Virus record (IMG/VR): IMGVR_UViG_3300009774_000029
DNA: 20,825 nucleotides
Direction: 5' to 3' (one strand)
Source: a virus
Position numbers and translations under genes: made by a program. Of the stretch, positions 16,645 through 20,825 are shown piece after piece. The notes under the pieces are model-generated. The model did no database searches and was not told the DNA's origin. It saw only the letters and a list, made by a program, of their open reading frames with translations. Positions within the stretch are counted from its first letter, which is position 1; the number at the start of each line of letters is the position of its first letter.

Positions 16645-16932
16645 TTATTTCACCTCTACTTTTAAAACTTGTCCTACTATCAAATCAGATTCAGTCATAT
16701 TGTTTAATTTTTTAATCTCACATATTGCTTTTGGTAAATACTCTTCTGAATATCTATCTGCAATTTGTGTTAAATTTTCACCTTGCTTAACTATATGATT
16801 AATGTATATAATTTCTTTATCGGCTTTTTCAACAAGATTAGTTGCTATTGCTATAAGTATTAATGCCAATCCTAATATTGCACATCCTACAATCATTATT
16901 TTATTATAAGTTTTGTCTTTCACATAACTCAC
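16645..16932 (-). CDS. Single-TM + LysM domain protein (YneA-like architecture)
   Basis: TM IMIVGCAILGLALILIAIATNLV then LysM HIVKQGENLTQIADRYSEEYLPKAICEIKKLNNMTESDLIVGQVLKV. Confidence 0.75.
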   Translation of the reverse strand: MSYVKDKTYNKIMIVGCAILGLALILIAIATNLVEKADKEIIYINHIVKQGENLTQIADRYSEEYLPKAICEIKKLNNMTESDLIVGQVLKVEVK

Positions 16933-17178
16933 CTACTTTCTTTTTAAAAATAAAACTATTACTACTACTAAAATTACGTTTATTATTTTACTTAATTGTT
17001 CAAAACTTAAATTTAAGATCCAATCTGTAGATTTCTCTGATACCATAAAGGTAGATATTAATATTGCAACAAATAATACTATTTTAATTATTTTGTATAT
17101 TTGTTTTACAAGTTTTTTAAATCTATTTGTTGGTGTATCAAGTGTTAAAAATTCTTTTGGAATACTCATTTTACTCAA
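16933..17178 (-). CDS. Two-TM small membrane protein
   Basis: IVLFVAILISTFMV and IINVILVVVIVLFLKRK hydrophobic segments. Confidence 0.55.
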   Translation of the reverse strand: MSKMSIPKEFLTLDTPTNRFKKLVKQIYKIIKIVLFVAILISTFMVSEKSTDWILNLSFEQLSKIINVILVVVIVLFLKRK

Positions 17179-17770
17179 CTCCTTTCACTAATTCATTTGC
17201 GATATCAACTATCCTGTCGGCGTGAGTATCATCTGTGCAATAAAAAACATCTACATTTTTAATTGTATAACCTCCACCATACCATTTTGCATCTTCTTTT
17301 AAGTAATATTTATTTAATAATCTTGCTGTTTGTAATATACATTCACTGTAACTCTCAAAATAACTTGCATTATTAGGATTAGTATCGTAAGCACAAAATC
17401 CCGTAATATTATTTCTGTACTTTGCAAAGTCTGATGTGCCACGTCCACTCTCCTGGCAAGCTAAACCAATTAAGTATATACCATTGACTTTATAATCGCT
17501 CTCTGCTTGTTCTAGGGCTTGTCCTATACCTTTCAAATTTTTAGGTAGTATCTGTTCGTAATCAGCAGCTGTTAAATTCGTCGGTAATCTTAAATCTGTA
17601 TCAACCGTTAGATTGTAGTTTTTATATTTTAGTACGTATTCTTCATGTCTATTTACTTCAATGCTTATTGGCATATTTATTTTAGTTGCATTTATTTCAA
17701 TTTTAGTAATACCAGGTATACTATAATAACTAATTATTAAAACTATATTTATTAATAATAACTTTTTCAT
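17171..17770 (-). CDS. Secreted glucosaminidase-domain protein
   Basis: Signal peptide MKKLLLINIVLIISYYSIPG; GIYLIGLACQESGRGTSDFAKYRNNITGFCAYDTNP...; true start is the internal ATG of MKKLL. Confidence 0.75.
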   Translation of the reverse strand: MKKLLLINIVLIISYYSIPGITKIEINATKINMPISIEVNRHEEYVLKYKNYNLTVDTDLRLPTNLTAADYEQILPKNLKGIGQALEQAESDYKVNGIYLIGLACQESGRGTSDFAKYRNNITGFCAYDTNPNNASYFESYSECILQTARLLNKYYLKEDAKWYGGGYTIKNVDVFYCTDDTHADRIVDIANELVKGVE

Positions 17771-17883
17771 TATGCAATACCGATTGAACAAATTTTTTCT
17801 GTACCACTATAAATAAATACTTCTCTTAGATTCATGTTTTTAATTTTTCTCTTATATAATAAATATTTTATTTTGTTAATCAA
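17770..17883 (-). CDS. 37-aa small ORF MINKIKYLLYKRKIKNMNLREVFIYSGTEKICSIGIA
   Basis: TTG start with RBS GAGGTG at 6 nt; not in the track. Confidence 0.4.
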   Translation of the reverse strand: MINKIKYLLYKRKIKNMNLREVFIYSGTEKICSIGIA

Positions 17884-17979
17884 TTAACTCACCTCTTTTA
17901 TAATTTCATATTCAATTTCAATATTGTTTTTTTCTGCATAAATTTCTAGTAATGTGCTTATTATTTTTTCTGCATTCAA
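17884..17979 (-). CDS. 31-aa small ORF MNAEKIISTLLEIYAEKNNIEIEYEIIKEVS
   Basis: TTG start with RBS GGAAGTG; not in the track. Confidence 0.35.
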   Translation of the reverse strand: MNAEKIISTLLEIYAEKNNIEIEYEIIKEVS

Positions 17980-17992
17980 TTCGATCACTTCC

Positions 17993-18030
17993 TTTATCCC
18001 GTATTACGGGAATTACTTTTTAAAAAAAAT
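17993..18030. repeat. 38-bp direct repeat copy 2, with 15-bp palindrome at 17997-18011
   Basis: Identical to 5593-5630. Confidence 0.95.
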
Positions 18031-18231
18031 TGAAGCATTACAATTTAATATATCAGCAATTTCTTTTGCTTCATCAATTATAATGGGTATTGTTCCAATT
18101 TCTTTTCTATAGTATGTACTTTCCGCTAGTGTAATTCCTTTTTCTTTTAATTTTAGCACCATATCTTTTACTGAAATTTTTTTCTTTTTTCTTAAATTTC
18201 TTACTGCTATATGTTTTACTTTTTCGTTCAT
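18013..18231 (-). CDS. Cro-like / HTH early regulator
   Basis: KKKKISVKDMVLKLKEKGITLAESTYYRKEIGTIPIIIDEAKEIADILNCNASIFFKK; first minus-strand gene of the divergent control region. Confidence 0.65.
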   Translation of the reverse strand: MNEKVKHIAVRNLRKKKKISVKDMVLKLKEKGITLAESTYYRKEIGTIPIIIDEAKEIADILNCNASIFFKK

Positions 18232-18250
18232 TTTTGCACCTCTCTTTCTT

Positions 18251-18288
18251 ATTACGGTAATTCTATCATGAATATTTTACCGTGTCAA
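18251..18288 (-). promoter_or_regulatory. Early promoter with overlapping operator
   Basis: Minus strand TTGACA (18283-18288) - 17 nt - TAGAAT (18260-18265); palindrome ATTACGGTAAT 18251-18261 and second half-site TTACCGT 18277-18283. Confidence 0.85.
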
Positions 18289-18336
18289 GCATTTTTATAC
18301 AAAAGGTTTCATTTTTTGCAAAGTTTTTTATTTTGT

Positions 18337-18355
18337 TATTCCCGTAATAGGAATA
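18337..18355. promoter_or_regulatory. Operator-like inverted repeat upstream of the repressor promoter
   Basis: TATTCC-CGTAATA-GGAATA sharing CCCGTAATA with the other sites. Confidence 0.65.
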
Positions 18356-18369
18356 TTATGTAAATTGTA

Positions 18370-18398
18370 TTGACAAGAAAGGTTGATTATGCTATAAT
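18370..18398 (+). promoter_or_regulatory. Repressor promoter
   Basis: TTGACA - 17 nt - TATAAT, perfect hexamers. Confidence 0.85.
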
Positions 18399-18450
18399 TA
18401 CACTGTGAAGAAAATTTTATTGTATATTTTTTAAGAATAAAGGAGAAAAA

Positions 18451-18834
18451 ATGGACGAATTACAAAAAAGAATATTAAAAGGTCAAAGAATAAAAGAAAG
18501 AAGATTATTTTGTGGATTATCTCAAACAGATTTAGGAAATAAATTAAATGTTAAATTTACAACTATATCTAAATACGAAAGTGGAGAGATAAAATCTATT
18601 GATTCTGATACTTTAAGTTTGATTGCAGATATTACAAATACTGATTTAGATTATTTTTTACTAAAAACTAACGATCCCGAAATCAAAAAACAGGATTTAA
18701 AAAAAGATATACAATACGCTACTTATTATGATCAGAAACTAAGACATATGACACAAGAGCAAAAAGATGCTATTAAAAAAGAGGTAGATAATTTTGCTGA
18801 TTTTGTAATCAATAAATATTTTGATAAAAAATAA
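18451..18834 (+). CDS. XRE-family phage repressor (CI/ImmR-like)
   Basis: QRIKERRLFCGLSQTDLGNKLNVKFTTISKYESGEIKSIDSDTLSLIADITNTDLDYFLL; GGAGAAAAA RBS. Confidence 0.9.
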   Translation: MDELQKRILKGQRIKERRLFCGLSQTDLGNKLNVKFTTISKYESGEIKSIDSDTLSLIADITNTDLDYFLLKTNDPEIKKQDLKKDIQYATYYDQKLRHMTQEQKDAIKKEVDNFADFVINKYFDKK

Positions 18835-18854
18835 TATTCGATCGGAGATATATA

Positions 18855-19255
18855 ATGGAACAATATATATATTTAGAAAAGCCAATATTATATTTGAAAG
18901 TATAAAAACTAAAATTGAAGATTTAAAAGGAATCTATTTAAAAATAAACGATAGTGATTTTATAGGTATAGATTACTCTAAAATTAAATCATATTCTGAA
19001 GAACGTTGTATTTTAGCTCACGAAATAGGTCACTATGAAACGGGTACTACTTATACGTATGATATAGATGAACTAGGACGTTCTAGAATTGAATATAGAG
19101 CAGATAAACGAGCAATCCATAACTTATTACCATACAACAAATTTAAGTTGTATATAGACGAGTATAGACCGAATTACATATGTGAAATAGCCGAAGAGTT
19201 TAATATCACTGAAAAATATGCTAAAAAAGCATTAGAATTATATAAACAGGAGTGA
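18855..19255 (+). CDS. ImmA/IrrE-family metallopeptidase, apparently frame-shifted at its 5' end
   Basis: CILAHEIGHYETGTTYTYDIDELGRSRIEYRADKRA. The well-placed RBS/ATG (CGGAGATATATAATG, 18855) is out of frame with the body; the track start is a TTG at 18821. Confidence 0.8.
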
Positions 19256-19258
19256 ACT

Positions 19259-20644
19259 ATGAAAAAAGTAGCTATATATGCTAGAGTATCAACTGATGAA
19301 CAAGCGAAGTTTGGTTTATCTATAGATGCTCAACTAAATAATTTAATAGAACATTGTAATAAAAATAATTACGAATATGATACTTTCGTTGACAATGGTA
19401 TTTCAGCATCATCTATGAAAAGACCTGCTTTACAAGAAATGCTTAAAAAAATAACTACTTTCGAATTAGTTTTATTCACTAAATTAGATAGATTATCTAG
19501 AAATGTTTTAGATGCTAATAATATAAATAAAATTTTACTAGATAATAAAGTTTATATGCAAGCAATACACGAAGATGACATAGACACTAGCTCTGCAGAT
19601 GGAACTTTTCTATTTAATTTAAAAGTATCTTTAGCACAAAGAGAAATTGAAAAAACATCAGAAAGAATAAAAGATATATTTAAGTATAAAAGAGAAAAAG
19701 GTGAAGTTGTAGCTGGTGCTAAAAAGTACGGTTACGATATAATAAATAAACATTTTGAAATCAATGAAAAAGAAGCTGAAAATATTATAAATTTCTACAA
19801 TTATTTTTTGACAGTTGCTGGAGATACACATTTAAGTTATAGTTATTTTAAAGAACATTTTGAAAATTCTTCTTATCAGTCATACCATAAATATTTACAA
19901 GATAGCTCATATGCTGGTAAATACAAGTTGTATTTAAAAGATGAATACATAGAGAATTACATTCCAGCAATAGTAGATGGAGAATTATTTAATAAAGTGC
20001 AAAATTTTATTAAAAAAAGAAGAAGATCAACAAGAAATAATATAAATGCACCGATAACTATTTTTGATGGTTTGCTTAAATGTGGAAATTGTAATGCTAA
20101 AATGTGCAGAGGTTTGACAAAATCTACTAATAATACTATACATATAAACTATAGATGTTTTAGATCATGTAACCCTTCGAATGATAAAAGCCAAAGGTTT
20201 AAATGTACTAATAAACGTGTTACTGTAGAAAAGAAAATCGAAAAGCAATTATTAGATATGATTCAAAGTGAAATCAAAAATCACGTTATTAAATTAAAGA
20301 TAATTAATAATAAGAAAATAGATACTAAAATTATTAAAGAAAATATTAAAAAAATAGAAAAAAAGTTAGAAAAATTAAAAGATTTATATATTGATAGTCT
20401 GATTGATAAAGATTTGTATAAAAAAGATTATGTAGAATATATGGATAAAGTCGAAAAATTAAAAAAAGAATTATGTTTCAACAAAGAGAAAAACTATGAA
20501 CATTTAGAAAAATTTATAGATATTGATTTTAACACTATTTATAATAAACTAGAGAAAATCGAGAAAAGAAAGTTTTGGATGTCAATACTAAATGAAATTA
20601 TTTTATTAGATGGAAAAATTACAAAACTAAATTTTACAGAATAA
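19259..20644 (+). CDS. int: Large serine recombinase (phage integrase)
   Basis: VAIYARVSTDEQAKFGLSIDAQLNNL; TKLDRLSRN; AQREIEKTSERIKD; recombinase zinc ribbon CGNCNAKMCRG...YRC. Confidence 0.95.
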   Translation: MKKVAIYARVSTDEQAKFGLSIDAQLNNLIEHCNKNNYEYDTFVDNGISASSMKRPALQEMLKKITTFELVLFTKLDRLSRNVLDANNINKILLDNKVYMQAIHEDDIDTSSADGTFLFNLKVSLAQREIEKTSERIKDIFKYKREKGEVVAGAKKYGYDIINKHFEINEKEAENIINFYNYFLTVAGDTHLSYSYFKEHFENSSYQSYHKYLQDSSYAGKYKLYLKDEYIENYIPAIVDGELFNKVQNFIKKRRRSTRNNINAPITIFDGLLKCGNCNAKMCRGLTKSTNNTIHINYRCFRSCNPSNDKSQRFKCTNKRVTVEKKIEKQLLDMIQSEIKNHVIKLKIINNKKIDTKIIKENIKKIEKKLEKLKDLYIDSLIDKDLYKKDYVEYMDKVEKLKKELCFNKEKNYEHLEKFIDIDFNTIYNKLEKIEKRKFWMSILNEIILLDGKITKLNFTE

Positions 20645-20691
20645 TGTTACTTAAAGTGGCATTTTAAAAGTATTTATAAAAAGTTACATAA

Positions 20692-20825
20692 TTAATTCGA
20701 ATCACTACTTCCAAATATACATATATTAGAATTAGTATATTTATTGCTGAAAATATCTATATTGCATATTTTTTTGTTATGATTTGTATATCCAAATATA
20801 ACTCCTTTTATATCAAAAACGGTAT
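20692..20825 (-). pseudogene. Truncated reading frame resembling VirB4/TraC-type conjugation ATPase just before Walker A; probable host or element gene interrupted at the attachment site
   Basis: Minus strand TVFDIKGVIFGYTNHNKKICNIDIFSNKYTNSNICIFGSSDSN*, expected to continue G[S/T]SGxGKS. Confidence 0.45.

Noticed and set aside
17399-17412. Additional CCCGTAATA operator core
   Set aside because: Lies inside the glucosaminidase coding sequence (NNITGFC) and lacks the second half-site; probably chance.
18013-20644. Toxin-antitoxin interpretation of the XRE + ImmA/IrrE pair
   Set aside because: Position beside a divergent Cro-like gene, operator-like sites and the integrase fits a phage repressor/anti-repressor peptidase pair better.
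1-20825. CRISPR array, tRNA or rRNA genes, IS elements
   Set aside because: No regularly spaced repeats, no cloverleaf-like or rRNA-like segments, and no transposase other than the serine integrase were seen.

Overview
AT-rich, Clostridia-type prophage, right-hand portion. Almost all genes are on the minus strand and read right to left: early/regulatory genes, recombination, replication/accessory genes, a RinA/ArpU-like late regulator, then terminase, portal and head morphogenesis. A short plus-strand lysogeny/integration arm holds an XRE repressor, an ImmA/IrrE peptidase and a large serine recombinase. A few bases past the integrase, the minus strand reads into a truncated reading frame that resembles a VirB4/TraC-type ATPase up to its Walker A region, so this is a likely attachment-site boundary. 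The strongest observations are: (1) two coding genes (small terminase and a DUF1064-like protein) each broken by a single extra C that creates an in-frame CGG codon before GG[C/A]; I found no other in-frame CGG among the 'ccg' sites I inspected; (2) two more frame disruptions, in an AbrB-like gene (poly-A) and at the ImmA start (TA tract); (3) a perfect 38-bp direct repeat carrying a 15-bp palindrome, one copy in the early region and one about 12.4 kb away in the late-control region, related to operator-like sites at two consensus divergent promoters; (4) an inverted-repeat-rich control region before the late operon; (5) a consensus plus-strand promoter pointing antisense into an early gene; (6) a PcfK/PcfJ pair, with PcfK-like proteins overlapping the AcrIIA9 anti-CRISPR family; (7) a RecT + WalJ-like metallo-beta-lactamase + zinc-hook SMC recombination module; (8) a glucosaminidase / 2-TM / TM-LysM envelope cassette in the early region. 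No clearly complete novel defence system is evident. All calls come from reading the sequence; nothing was run.
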